59,753 nt of DNA from Blastocatellia bacterium (lineage in GTDB: Bacteria; Acidobacteriota; Blastocatellia; UBA7656), in assembly GCA_039648975.1 (NCBI GenBank), contig JBBWZK010000221.1:1-59753 (forward strand), written 5' to 3'. The translations under genes were made by a program, and so were the position numbers. Positions 8,558 to 18,113 of this stretch are shown piece after piece. How positions within the stretch are numbered: the stretch's first letter is position 1; each line of letters begins with the position of its first letter. The notes under the pieces were generated by a model that was given only the letters and a program-made list of their open reading frames with translations, was not told the DNA's origin and did no database searches.

Positions 8558-11329
8558 TTAGCCGCCTTTTTGCTTCACATTGAAGACCTGTGTGCCGACG
8601 GTGATGCGGCCCTTGCGCACTGTGCTTGTCGGGTTCGGCGCAACGGTGAAATTCACCACGCCGTTGCCGATGCTCGGGCTGCCTGAAGTAATCGTGATCC
8701 AGCTTACATTCGACACCGCCTGCCAGGCGCAGTGTTGGGCGCTGAAGACGCTCAGGCTGCCGCTGCCGCCGCTTGATTGAAACGAGCGGCTCGCCGGCGT
8801 GATCTGATAATCGCAGTCCGCCAGGCCGGCGTCCTGAATCACCGTGCAGGTCTGCCCGGCTATCGTCAAGCTTCCCTGTCGCGGCGCGCCGGTGAAGTTC
8901 TCGCGCACCTCAAACGTGACGACATTGCTGCCCGTGCCGCTGGTCGCAGAGGTCAGCGTAATCCAGTTGGCGCTGTTCACCGCTGCCCACGCACAACCAC
9001 TGGCGCAGGTCAGCGCGACGCGGCCCTCGCCGCCGGCTTCGCTGAAGAAGATGCCCGAAGAGGCCAGTTGGTAGCCGCAGACGCTGCCGACGCGCAGGCC
9101 GTTGCCGAAGCTCGTCACCCAGATTTCCGTCACATTATAGGGATTGAAAAAGATGCGCTCCGGCTGGCGAAACGGATACGAGGCAACTGCCGTGAAGCTG
9201 GGCTGCGCGGCGTTGAGGTTGTTCGTATACCACAGGCCGTTGGTTTCGGTTGTAAGATACATCTCATTCGCGTTGAGCGGGCTGATGGCGCACGAGCCGA
9301 CGCGGTCGAGGCTGTTGATCCGCGTCCACGACTGGCCGCGATTTGTCGTGCGATACAATCCGCCGAGGCTGTTGGGCGGCCCACCCCAACCGCTGTAGAC
9401 GCAGGCATACCAGGTGTTCTGCGCCGCGTCGTTCGGGTCGATCAGAATGTCTTTCGCCCAGTAACGCATGCCCGCATCCGAGCGGTCTAACCAGGTCGCG
9501 CCGCCGTCCGTGCTGAGAAAGACGCCTGAGCTTGCCGTGAATGCGCCCGACGAATTGCGCCGGCCTGAGTAGGTGCAGACAATCGCGCCGTCGTTCAGCA
9601 CCTTCACATTGAAGGCGTGGCCTTCGGTGCGCGGCGGACTGGCGAGCTTCGTCCAGGTTGACGCCGCGCCGTTTTGCAGATTGCTCGAAACAAAGATGCC
9701 GCCCTGCGTCGAGTGAATGACGCTCGCATACATGCGGTTCGTGTTGGTCGGATCAATCGCCAGTCCGATGACCGGATGCGCGAAGTTGTGCAGCCGCAGC
9801 CAGGTCGCGCCTTTGTCTGTCGAATAGAGCACTTCGCCTGTGCCCGCGTCGAGGGTCGAATCCTGCAAGCGCGTGCTCTGGTACATATCATGAACCGACG
9901 AGGTGCCGGCATAGAGCGTGCCGGTCGTCGGGTGCTTCAGCGACTGATACATCGAATTGTAATTATCACCCGTGTAATTGAATGACCACGCCGCGCCGCC
10001 GTCCGTGCTGCGCGTGCCTTTGATGTCCGAGTACGAAGCAAACAGGTTGCTCGCATCGCTCCACGTCAGCCACCAGCAGGTGGTGTCTTCAAGGCCGATG
10101 CTGTGATAATAACGGCCCTTCGGCGTAAGCTGGCCCATAGAATTCTGGTCAGCCGGATCGACGTACATCTGTCGCCACGTCGCGCCGCCGTCGGTGGTGA
10201 GATGCGCAAAGCCTAGATCGGTGTAGACGACTTTGTTGACATCCGTAGGCGCGACCGTAAAGCCGAGCGCGCCAGCGCCGTAGCTCCAGTCGCGGTCGCC
10301 GCCACGCCCAGACCAGCCGGTGAAGATGTTTTGATTATTTGTAGTCAAGAGTACGTTCTGCCAGCTTGTCCCGGCGTTCGTGGTTTTGTAGATGATCGGA
10401 AACTCTGTGGCGTTCTGCTGCCCGGCCACATAAGCCGTCGCGATATTGCCGCGCGACATCGCCACAAAGAACGGGGAGTCACCGGTAACGATGCCCGACG
10501 TTTTCAAAGCCCAGTTCGCCTGTCCCCAGTCGAGCGCGTAGATGCCTGTATAACTCGCATAAGAGCCTTCGGTGAACAATCCCGGATAGACATCGGCGGC
10601 GTTGAGGGTCACGGCAAAGAAGCGCGTCGTCGTGCCTTGCTTTGCGCCGGCGAACGAGACGATGGCCTGCGCTGCGGGGATGCCGCCAACGCTTGCAAGC
10701 ACGAAGGTCGCGCCGCTGTTGGTTGAGATGAGCAGGCCGAGGTTCGTGCCAACGTAGATGTTCGCGCCGTCAAAAAACACGCCGCCCACGAAGCAGCCGT
10801 TGCCGCTCGCGGTGGAAAACTTTTGCGGGAAGGTCGCGCCGCCGTCGCTTGAAAACCAGATGTGCGAGTAATCCGCGACAAGGATGCGGCTGGTCGTGCT
10901 GTCGTCAACAAAGAGCGCATAAGCGCCGCCCCCTGTCGGGTCGTTCGACAACTGATGCCAGGTCGCGCCGCCGTCTGTGCTGCGCGACGGCGTCGTCAGG
11001 TCGTTGGTGTAATCGAGCGCATAGAGGATTGCCGGGTTGCTGGTGAAACGCACCTGCGCTTCGCGGTTGCCCTGAATCTGGCGAAAGTCTGTGACCGCCC
11101 ACGACGCGCCGAGATTGGTTGAATGGAACTGCTCGCTCATATCGCAGGCGAGATAGATTTCACTGGCGTTGTGCGGGCTGAAGCTCGGCGCGAACAACGC
11201 CCCGCCGCCTCCAGGCCCGCGCGGCATCCATTGCGACGGCGGCTGGGCAGGCGTGGCGATGACGAAAATAGAGAGCAGGAGAACCGGAATGGCGATTGAG
11301 CGGTTCAGGCGTAAAACAGATCGTTGCAT
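8558..11329 (-). CDS. Secreted BNR/Asp-box beta-propeller protein (GH74-like) with two C-terminal BACON/Ig-like repeats
   Basis: Signal peptide; many S-T-D-G-G-x-T-W Asp-boxes; GPGGGG...YLACD near the N-terminus; two repeats of the type C-x-W-x-A-x-S-x-x-x-W-I-T-(I/L)-TS...G-x-x-x-V-x-F-x-V...R-x-G-x-x-T-(I/V). Confidence 0.8.
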   Translation of the reverse strand: MQRSVLRLNRSIAIPVLLLSIFVIATPAQPPSQWMPRGPGGGGALFAPSFSPHNASEIYLACDMSEQFHSTNLGASWAVTDFRQIQGNREAQVRFTSNPAILYALDYTNDLTTPSRSTDGGATWHQLSNDPTGGGAYALFVDDSTTSRILVADYSHIWFSSDGGATFPQKFSTASGNGCFVGGVFFDGANIYVGTNLGLLISTNSGATFVLASVGGIPAAQAIVSFAGAKQGTTTRFFAVTLNAADVYPGLFTEGSYASYTGIYALDWGQANWALKTSGIVTGDSPFFVAMSRGNIATAYVAGQQNATEFPIIYKTTNAGTSWQNVLLTTNNQNIFTGWSGRGGDRDWSYGAGALGFTVAPTDVNKVVYTDLGFAHLTTDGGATWRQMYVDPADQNSMGQLTPKGRYYHSIGLEDTTCWWLTWSDASNLFASYSDIKGTRSTDGGAAWSFNYTGDNYNSMYQSLKHPTTGTLYAGTSSVHDMYQSTRLQDSTLDAGTGEVLYSTDKGATWLRLHNFAHPVIGLAIDPTNTNRMYASVIHSTQGGIFVSSNLQNGAASTWTKLASPPRTEGHAFNVKVLNDGAIVCTYSGRRNSSGAFTASSGVFLSTDGGATWLDRSDAGMRYWAKDILIDPNDAAQNTWYACVYSGWGGPPNSLGGLYRTTNRGQSWTRINSLDRVGSCAISPLNANEMYLTTETNGLWYTNNLNAAQPSFTAVASYPFRQPERIFFNPYNVTEIWVTSFGNGLRVGSVCGYQLASSGIFFSEAGGEGRVALTCASGCAWAAVNSANWITLTSATSGTGSNVVTFEVRENFTGAPRQGSLTIAGQTCTVIQDAGLADCDYQITPASRSFQSSGGSGSLSVFSAQHCAWQAVSNVSWITITSGSPSIGNGVVNFTVAPNPTSTVRKGRITVGTQVFNVKQKGG

Positions 11330-11675
11330 AAGCGCATCCACCAGACGGAATTCGATTGATCGGCAAGCTGCGCAAGCTTCGCGCAGACTCAGCCATCAGC
11401 AGACAGAAGCAATGCGCCTGCCACGAATTCAACATTTCCTTTCAGAGAAGTTATACCGTGTGAGGAAGGGCAAACTGACAGGTTTCAGCTTAACAGACGT
11501 GCATTTATGACACAAACTGGCGAGCCTACGAAAATAATCAACCAAGCCACACGAAGTGAGAACGAAATACTATGAACGATTGATAGAGACGCTTGCTAAG
11601 TTTCATTTCTTGGCCTTTGTCCTCTTAAGGCTAAAGCAGGTAGTTACTATCATGGGTCAAAGCTCATAACAAGCT

Positions 11676-12590
11676 CTAGTTCTGCGGTGGTAATATTTCT
11701 ATAGCTTGTCGAATAAAGGAAGCATGAATAACTACAGCCAATGCTATAGATGCCTTTTGCTTCCTTGTGTCGGTTGACGACCCATTGTCCTCATCTACAA
11801 AAATCTGTTTACTTATAATCCCTACGATAGTTTGATAATTCCCCATGCCTATTCCGTTCGGGCCTAATCGGCTAGTTTCCACTAAATAGACAGGCCCTCC
11901 ACTATTACCCTCGAATATATTCAAGTCTAAAAGAAAGGTCTTTACCTTTTCAGTAGGCATTAACGGATAGCTAGCTATTGCACCCTTGCGTAGAATTGGA
12001 AATCCAGCACTGTTTGCCTCGTATGTGTACGGAAATCCCAGACAATATAGGTTATCACCAGGATGAACATGAAAGCTGTCTAGAATCTCATCCGTAGCCA
12101 AAGCGGATGTGGGCAGTAGTGCTACATCAGCCTCTTTAGGGAGATTTACGTACATGACAGCAACATCAACTGAAGGGTGTTTCGTCCAAAGCGGTTTCCC
12201 GCCTCTACGAATTTTTATTGGCCAGCCTCCTTTGAAATATTCATCCTTATCTTTCTTGCGTAATAGCAAGGTCGCATCATCTCCGATCATCTGCTCTAGG
12301 ACATGAGCGGCTGTTACTAAAACAAAGTATAGCTGCTTCTCTATCTTAGGGTCTGGTCGCCCTATTATGAAGACAGTGCCAACGGAGCCTCTACCTATAA
12401 TCTTAAAAGTGCTTCTCATTAATACCGTACTAAGCTCAAACGGTGTAGCATCAGTTGGTGTTTGGTCGGTCGGTTTCTGTTTTGGAGGGTTCTGCAAAAC
12501 TAGCCGTTTGGCAGAATGATAACTTGCACAAGCTATTAAATGAATAGCTAGAATGATGATTATAGAAGCTGCGATTTTAGCTTTCATCAC
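11676..12590 (-). CDS. Exported trypsin-like serine protease (possible lipoprotein)
   Basis: Catalytic triad motifs VTAAHV, DVAV, GNSGGP; N-terminal hydrophobic leader ending in LIAC; AT-rich. Confidence 0.85.
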   Translation of the reverse strand: MMKAKIAASIIIILAIHLIACASYHSAKRLVLQNPPKQKPTDQTPTDATPFELSTVLMRSTFKIIGRGSVGTVFIIGRPDPKIEKQLYFVLVTAAHVLEQMIGDDATLLLRKKDKDEYFKGGWPIKIRRGGKPLWTKHPSVDVAVMYVNLPKEADVALLPTSALATDEILDSFHVHPGDNLYCLGFPYTYEANSAGFPILRKGAIASYPLMPTEKVKTFLLDLNIFEGNSGGPVYLVETSRLGPNGIGMGNYQTIVGIISKQIFVDEDNGSSTDTRKQKASIALAVVIHASFIRQAIEILPPQN

Positions 12591-12708
12591 AAACTCCTTA
12601 AATCTACTGCCAAAAAGGAACTGCAGATTGCGGAAACCACAGCATTAATTATACACTGGGCCCGGCTATTTGTAGGAATGAATGGCAAAGTTGATACCTC
12701 AGCCCGCA

Positions 12709-13116
12709 TTATTCCTGTTTAATAAAGAAGAACGCCAGAACTCCTACTATCAGAAATGAACTCCAAGAGGAAATATCATTCAGATAAGTAGAAAGGTCTA
12801 TAATCGTACCTTTCCCCATGTACCCAAAGAGTACCGAATACCACAAGAGCAACAAGTTCCAGCCAACCGACGAAACAAGGGCCACCCAAAACGAGTACGA
12901 CTCTATTTTCTTCGACTTGCTCTTTTTAGCGAAAAAGCCACCCATGATAACGGCAAAATGAACTGAATATATTTTCAGCACCGTTATCATCAACTCGCGC
13001 ATCTCATCGGCATATATGTGGCCTCTATGATAAGAAATAAAGAATGCCGATGCGTGAATCAGATATGATACAAAGAAGACAAGGAACAAGCAGATACGCG
13101 TTGTACCAAGTGTCAT
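12709..13116 (-). CDS. Small multi-pass membrane protein
   Basis: 135 aa with about 4 hydrophobic segments; ATGA overlap with the upstream gene; AT-rich. Confidence 0.7.
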   Translation of the reverse strand: MTLGTTRICLFLVFFVSYLIHASAFFISYHRGHIYADEMRELMITVLKIYSVHFAVIMGGFFAKKSKSKKIESYSFWVALVSSVGWNLLLLWYSVLFGYMGKGTIIDLSTYLNDISSWSSFLIVGVLAFFFIKQE

Positions 13117-13853
13117 TTATTCTTCTTCCCTTCTTCACTTAATTTTTTTATGAACTCATCGATGAATCTCTCAGAAGAAGTTTGAGTCTCCTGGCTAAGC
13201 TCATATCGCCACCTACCAGATTGAACTCGCTTTTCACGGGCAACGAATTGAATATGGAAAGCAAATTGTCGCGCTTTAACCTCGTAAGGGTGCGAAAAAA
13301 GCACCGCAATTTCTGCTATTAGGTTTTCAGGTAGGTCTCTCAATGAGACGTATGTGGTCTGATAGTAATTGATATTGTTCGCTTCAAAGGCCTTATATCC
13401 AGATGGAAACGACTGGTTGATAACTTTGTTTATTGCTTTTTGAAATGAAGAGGAATACGGCCATAGGCCGCTACGGTAAGTCAAAGTGAATTGCGATTCT
13501 TCTGGGAAGTCTGCCTCTGTAGTGCTCGATGTATTCACCTCAGAGCCCAAAAGAGAAATTACGGTTAAAATGCGGCCTTGCGCAGATTCTTTAAATCTAA
13601 TGTTGGAGTCCTCAGTAAAATATGTAAATCTGCCTTTGGCAGGAACGGAACCGAATCCTTCTATATAAACAGAATCCAGACCCTTAAACTCATAACTATA
13701 GTTCACCTTGTAAATCACTGTTCTATCATGTGTGCGGTGAGTTTGAACTACAGCCTCGATTTTGACTGCGCCTTCCTGGCCATCTATCGTGTAGGGCAAA
13801 GTTAGTACCACGCTTATACACAACAGAGCTACAATAGTTCTGCGAAGCAACAT
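13113..13853 (-). CDS. Secreted hypothetical protein
   Basis: AAGGAG RBS, signal peptide, 246-aa open frame in the AT-rich patch. Confidence 0.7.
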   Translation of the reverse strand: MLLRRTIVALLCISVVLTLPYTIDGQEGAVKIEAVVQTHRTHDRTVIYKVNYSYEFKGLDSVYIEGFGSVPAKGRFTYFTEDSNIRFKESAQGRILTVISLLGSEVNTSSTTEADFPEESQFTLTYRSGLWPYSSSFQKAINKVINQSFPSGYKAFEANNINYYQTTYVSLRDLPENLIAEIAVLFSHPYEVKARQFAFHIQFVAREKRVQSGRWRYELSQETQTSSERFIDEFIKKLSEEGKKNK

Positions 13854-14298
13854 AGTTACTCCTTACCAATAAAGGGACTCAAAAGAAGTTATTATCTCAA
13901 ATGAGACAAGTAGAATAAAAGACTATAATTCTATGGCTCTAAACCATCGAAGGAAGCTTATGGCTCTCAGCATTCCAGGTAGCATTTGAATTTCTCTGTG
14001 ATAAGTCTGTGACAATCTTAAATAGAATAGACCGAAAAGAAGGCCCATGAAGCAAGCCGATGAGGAGTATCGATAAAGCTTCGGCTAGCTTCATCCTCGC
14101 TTTGTGGGCTTCGTGGATTGGAATATGGCGGCAAATATCATTTTCATGAAGCATAGAAAGGAGTGTGCATTCAGGCAGCAACATGATCATGATTATTGCT
14201 GCTGCGCCGGGCGATCAGTACAATGCCTGTGCCGGGTTGCCCTCTTGCTGATTGTTCAACAGTTGATGGAAACGCCAGTGTACAAAATCAATCGCGCA

Positions 14299-16242
14299 AT
14301 GATGAACCGCCTGATTGCCGTCTTCATCATCTGGCTTCTGTTAAGCGCGCCGCTCGTCACGCGCTCGCAAACCGCGCCGCGTCCATCCGCCGGGCGTGCG
14401 CCGCAATCCGCAAGCGTGCGCGCGACGACCGCGCCGAGCGTCAAGACCGACCGCCGCGTTTATGCCGAATCTGCGCCGCCCGCCTTGCCTGAAGCCGGCG
14501 GCACGCTGGTTGATCCTGTATTCGGCACTACGATTCTGCGCGTCACCGATGAACGCGACGGCAAGTCCTCCGAGACGCCTTATTCTTACTGGCCGTCGTT
14601 CAACAAAGACTCGACGCGCCTCTATGTGAAGTCGGATGACCAATCCCTTCTCTTCGGCTTCGACCCGGATAACTTCGCGCTGACGACCCGGCGCAAACTG
14701 TTTCAGCGCACGCTCGCCGACGGCGGCTTTCCGTGGGCCGATGACGTAATCTGGAGCGGCACGGACAGCAATCTGGTCTATTGTCATTCGGGCCTGCGTC
14801 TCTATAGCTACAACGTCGTCTTGAACAACTACGAACTGGTGCATGATTTCGCAGGCCAGGTGCCTGGCGACACGATATGGCAAATGAGCCGCTCGCTCGA
14901 TGACGATACCTTTGGCTTTCACCTTAAGAGTTCACGCAATAATTACAAAGTCGTCGGCTACGCGGCGTGGAAGCGCAGCACGAATGCGCTGTATCTGGTC
15001 AACGACCCGCAGGTCAACGAAGTGCAGGTCGATAAGACAGGCCGTTACCTGGTCGTGACGATGGAGTTGCCCGACCCATTGCCGACGCCGCCCGCCAGCG
15101 GCGTCGAAGTGCGCGTTGTTGATTTGCAGACCAAGCAGATCACCGATCTGAAAGACGGCGGGCCGGACTTTGCGCCGGGCCATCACGACTGCGGGCGCGG
15201 CGTCGTCATTGGCGCAGACAACTGGAACAACACGTTTACGTTTCGGCAGCTTGCCAGCCCGCACAAGCATGTCGCCGTCGTCGGTTTCAACAATGACTGG
15301 AGCCAGGGCAGCCACGTCTCCCTGTTGGCTGATGATGAAAGCTGGGCGCTGGTGAGCACGATTATAGCCAACAAACTGCCGAATTCCGGCGTCTTCAAGA
15401 ATGAATTATTGTTGGTCGCCACCGATGGCTCCGGGCGCGTCCGGCGACTGGCGCATCATCATTCGGTCATGCGCAACTATGCCGATATGCCGCGCGCCAA
15501 TCTGAGCCGCGACGGGCGCTTCGCCGCCTTCACGAGCAACTGGGGATCGTCGTCGCGCCGCGATGTGTTTGTAGTCCGAATTCCATCGCTGACGGGTAAG
15601 GAGAGATACGAAACGACAACCCCTCCGCCGGATGCGCCGGTGAGCCCGACGACTCGCTCAACAACCAGCGATTCAACAACGCGCGCCACCGCGCCGCGAA
15701 CCGTTGTGACAACTCCGCCGCCGTCTCCAACCGCAGCTAAGACGGCAACTCTGGCGGCTCATTTTGGCCCGCCGCAACCCGTCATCTGGACGGGTGTGTT
15801 GCGCTGCACGGTTACTGGCAACAGCCTGCAAAAGACCACCGGCAGCGACAGTCTGGCGGATGCCGAAGCACGTTCTCAGCAGGCCATTCGCGACGGCAAT
15901 GGGTATATCGAGTTCACCGTGACGGAAACCAACAAGACGCGCATGGTGGGGCTGGCGCACGACCCGGCCACCTTGAATTTTGCTAGCGTTGACTTTGCCG
16001 TCAAGCTGACCGCCAGTGGCATTGCCGAAATTCGCGAGAATAATTCTTATGCAGGCGAAACGCCTTATGCCGCAGGCGATGTCTTCCGTATCGTCGTTGA
16101 AAACCATCAGGTGACGTATTATCAAAACGACAAGCTCTTCTTCACCAGCCTGAACGTCGCCGATGACACGCTTTTTGTTAAAGCAGTGCTCGCGCATCTC
16201 GGCGCGCGCATCGGCAATGTGATTATCGCCACGAGCCGGTAG
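14299..16242 (+). CDS. Secreted beta-propeller protein with Pro/Thr linker and C-terminal beta-sandwich (SPRY/ConA-like) module
   Basis: Signal MMNRLIAVFIIWLLLSAP; DPVFGTTILRVTD...PRANLSRDGRF propeller; paralogous to 24185-28678. Confidence 0.8.
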   Translation: MMNRLIAVFIIWLLLSAPLVTRSQTAPRPSAGRAPQSASVRATTAPSVKTDRRVYAESAPPALPEAGGTLVDPVFGTTILRVTDERDGKSSETPYSYWPSFNKDSTRLYVKSDDQSLLFGFDPDNFALTTRRKLFQRTLADGGFPWADDVIWSGTDSNLVYCHSGLRLYSYNVVLNNYELVHDFAGQVPGDTIWQMSRSLDDDTFGFHLKSSRNNYKVVGYAAWKRSTNALYLVNDPQVNEVQVDKTGRYLVVTMELPDPLPTPPASGVEVRVVDLQTKQITDLKDGGPDFAPGHHDCGRGVVIGADNWNNTFTFRQLASPHKHVAVVGFNNDWSQGSHVSLLADDESWALVSTIIANKLPNSGVFKNELLLVATDGSGRVRRLAHHHSVMRNYADMPRANLSRDGRFAAFTSNWGSSSRRDVFVVRIPSLTGKERYETTTPPPDAPVSPTTRSTTSDSTTRATAPRTVVTTPPPSPTAAKTATLAAHFGPPQPVIWTGVLRCTVTGNSLQKTTGSDSLADAEARSQQAIRDGNGYIEFTVTETNKTRMVGLAHDPATLNFASVDFAVKLTASGIAEIRENNSYAGETPYAAGDVFRIVVENHQVTYYQNDKLFFTSLNVADDTLFVKAVLAHLGARIGNVIIATSR

Positions 16243-16276
16243 CCTGCTATTTCAAAATAATCAAACAACGGATTTT

Positions 16277-16480
16277 AAGCCCGCGACAGCGGGCGACAGA
16301 ATATAGCCCAGTGCGTCAGCACTGGGGATGAATAGCGGAAATTATCACCAGCCCGTGAAACGGGCGACAGGTGCGGAGTGCTTAATCTCTGCCGCCTGCT
16401 TCGCAGGCTTGATGCTCGATGGCATTGCACTCCCAGTGCTGGCGCACTGGGCTATACTCTGTCGCCGACTCCGCCGGCTT
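16277..16480. repeat. About 204-bp REPIN/MITE-like element with about 49-nt imperfect terminal inverted repeats
   Basis: The left arm (AAGCCCGCGACAGCGGGCGACAGAATATAGCCCAGTGCGTCAGCACTGGG) matches the reverse complement of 16432-16480. Confidence 0.8.
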
Positions 16481-16665
16481 CTTTCTTCATCACTGCGCAA
16501 GGTGAACACCTAACTTGTTTGCTGCGATGCCCGTAACGGCGAACTCTTCACACTGCTAAATCCCTCCCCGCTTTGCCGCATCTCGCCGCGCTTCGGTGTA
16601 AAATTCTTTGGCGCTCGGATAACGCTCGCCCGCGCGCCGCGTCTTTATAGACGAGCGAGGCGGTA

Positions 16666-17265
16666 ATGAGCGCACTTGAGACGGCAGGCAAAGTATTGAG
16701 TCTGGCGAGTCTAATTCAACCCGCTGCGGCGACCGAAATCATCGCGACTCCTGAAGTCGCGCTGGTTGAAGCTGTGCGCGCCGGCGACCGCGAAGCGTTC
16801 GGCCAGCTTTATGATCTGTATGCGCCGATGGTGCATGGCATACTGCTGGCGCGCGTGCCGTACCGCGATGTCGACGATCTCGTGCAGGACGTTTTTCTGG
16901 TGGCGCTCAAGCGCCTGCACTCGCTGCGCGATACCAGAGCGTTCGGCGGCTGGCTGGCGATGATTACGCGCAATCGCGCGGTTGATTATTATCGCCGGAC
17001 GCGCGAGACCGAAGAGTTGACAGACGATATGCCGTTTGCCAGTCAACGCGATACCGAAGCCGAGCATGAAGCGGCGCGCATGCTCGAAGTCGTGCGCAGT
17101 CTGCCCGAAGCCTATCGCGAGACGCTGGTGATGCGATTGGTCGAAGGCATGACCGGGCCGGAGATTGCGGCGCGCGCCGGGATGACGCCCGCTTCAGTGC
17201 GCGTCAACCTGCATCGCGGCATGAAGATGTTGCGCGAGAAGCTCGGTCTGGAGGAACGAGCATGA
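16666..17265 (+). CDS. ECF RNA polymerase sigma-70 factor
   Basis: AFGQLYDLY, DDLVQDVFL, FGGWLAMITRNRAVDYYR (region 2); LPEAYRETLVMR...EIA...SVRVNLHRG (region 4). Confidence 0.93.
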   Translation: MSALETAGKVLSLASLIQPAAATEIIATPEVALVEAVRAGDREAFGQLYDLYAPMVHGILLARVPYRDVDDLVQDVFLVALKRLHSLRDTRAFGGWLAMITRNRAVDYYRRTRETEELTDDMPFASQRDTEAEHEAARMLEVVRSLPEAYRETLVMRLVEGMTGPEIAARAGMTPASVRVNLHRGMKMLREKLGLEERA

Positions 17266-18095
17266 AAGACGATTATCTCTGGGACGGATCGGGCGAGCCT
17301 GATCCCGACGTTGAACAACTTGAGAAACTGCTCGGCAGCTATCGCTATCAAGCGCAGGCGCTGGATGCGCGCGTTGAGCAACAACTGAGCGCGCGCCGCA
17401 GCTTTTTTTGGCTCAAGTACGCCGCCGCCGCCGCGCTCATCTTGATGGCTTTAGCGGGCGCGTGGTTGCTGTTCGCGCCGGGCAATTTGCCGGAGAGCGA
17501 ATTGCAAGCCATCGCCCGGATGCCGGATTTGCTGCCGCTGCCGGGCGACGGACTGGTTGACGATCTTCCACAGGACATTCCCCAGGTGATACCGCAAGCC
17601 GTCGCGCCGTCAACCAACAAGCTCGTTGTGGCTCCGATTAAATCGAAGAAGCACGCACCGCCGCCTGTGCATAATGTGACCGATCATACGCCGGCGAATG
17701 CCACTCCGGTGGCGAGCGAACTCGCGCTGGCTTCGCCGATCACCAATCCGTTCGTTGACGCAGAGACCGCCAGGCACATCGAACGCGCGCAGGTCTTGCT
17801 GCGCTCATTCCGCAACACCGAAGGCAATACGGAGTTCGATCTCGCTTATGAACGGCAAAGCTCCGAGCGGTTGCTGGCCAAGAATGTGCTGTTGCGCCGC
17901 GATGCCGAAACCAAAGGCAATCTGCCCATGGAGGATTTGCTCGGCAGCCTTGAGCCATTCTTGCTGGACATCGCCAATCTGCCTGATGCGCCGACGCCGG
18001 ACGACGTGCGCGTGATCAAAGCGCGCATGGAGAAGAAAGAGATCATCACGGCATTGCAGGTTTATTCGGCCCCGACCCTCAGCCGGTCGTTTTAA
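17262..18095 (+). CDS. Putative single-TM anti-sigma factor
   Basis: ATGA overlap with the sigma gene; about 50-aa cytoplasmic N-terminus, TM segment (AAAAALILMALAGAWLLF), Pro-rich linker, helical periplasmic domain; no ZAS motif. Confidence 0.7.
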   Translation: MKDDYLWDGSGEPDPDVEQLEKLLGSYRYQAQALDARVEQQLSARRSFFWLKYAAAAALILMALAGAWLLFAPGNLPESELQAIARMPDLLPLPGDGLVDDLPQDIPQVIPQAVAPSTNKLVVAPIKSKKHAPPPVHNVTDHTPANATPVASELALASPITNPFVDAETARHIERAQVLLRSFRNTEGNTEFDLAYERQSSERLLAKNVLLRRDAETKGNLPMEDLLGSLEPFLLDIANLPDAPTPDDVRVIKARMEKKEIITALQVYSAPTLSRSF

Positions 18096-18113
18096 TCTAT
18101 CGAAGGAGAGATT

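Noticed and set aside
11466-11545. Resemblance to a c-di-GMP-I riboswitch (GGGCAAAC...GACACAAA...GCCTAC)
   Set aside because: No GNRA-capped P2, wrong spacing, and it lies on the + strand where no downstream gene could be regulated.
13939-14190. 83-aa minus-strand ORF in the AT-rich patch
   Set aside because: No motif or clear RBS; probably promoter DNA between divergent units.
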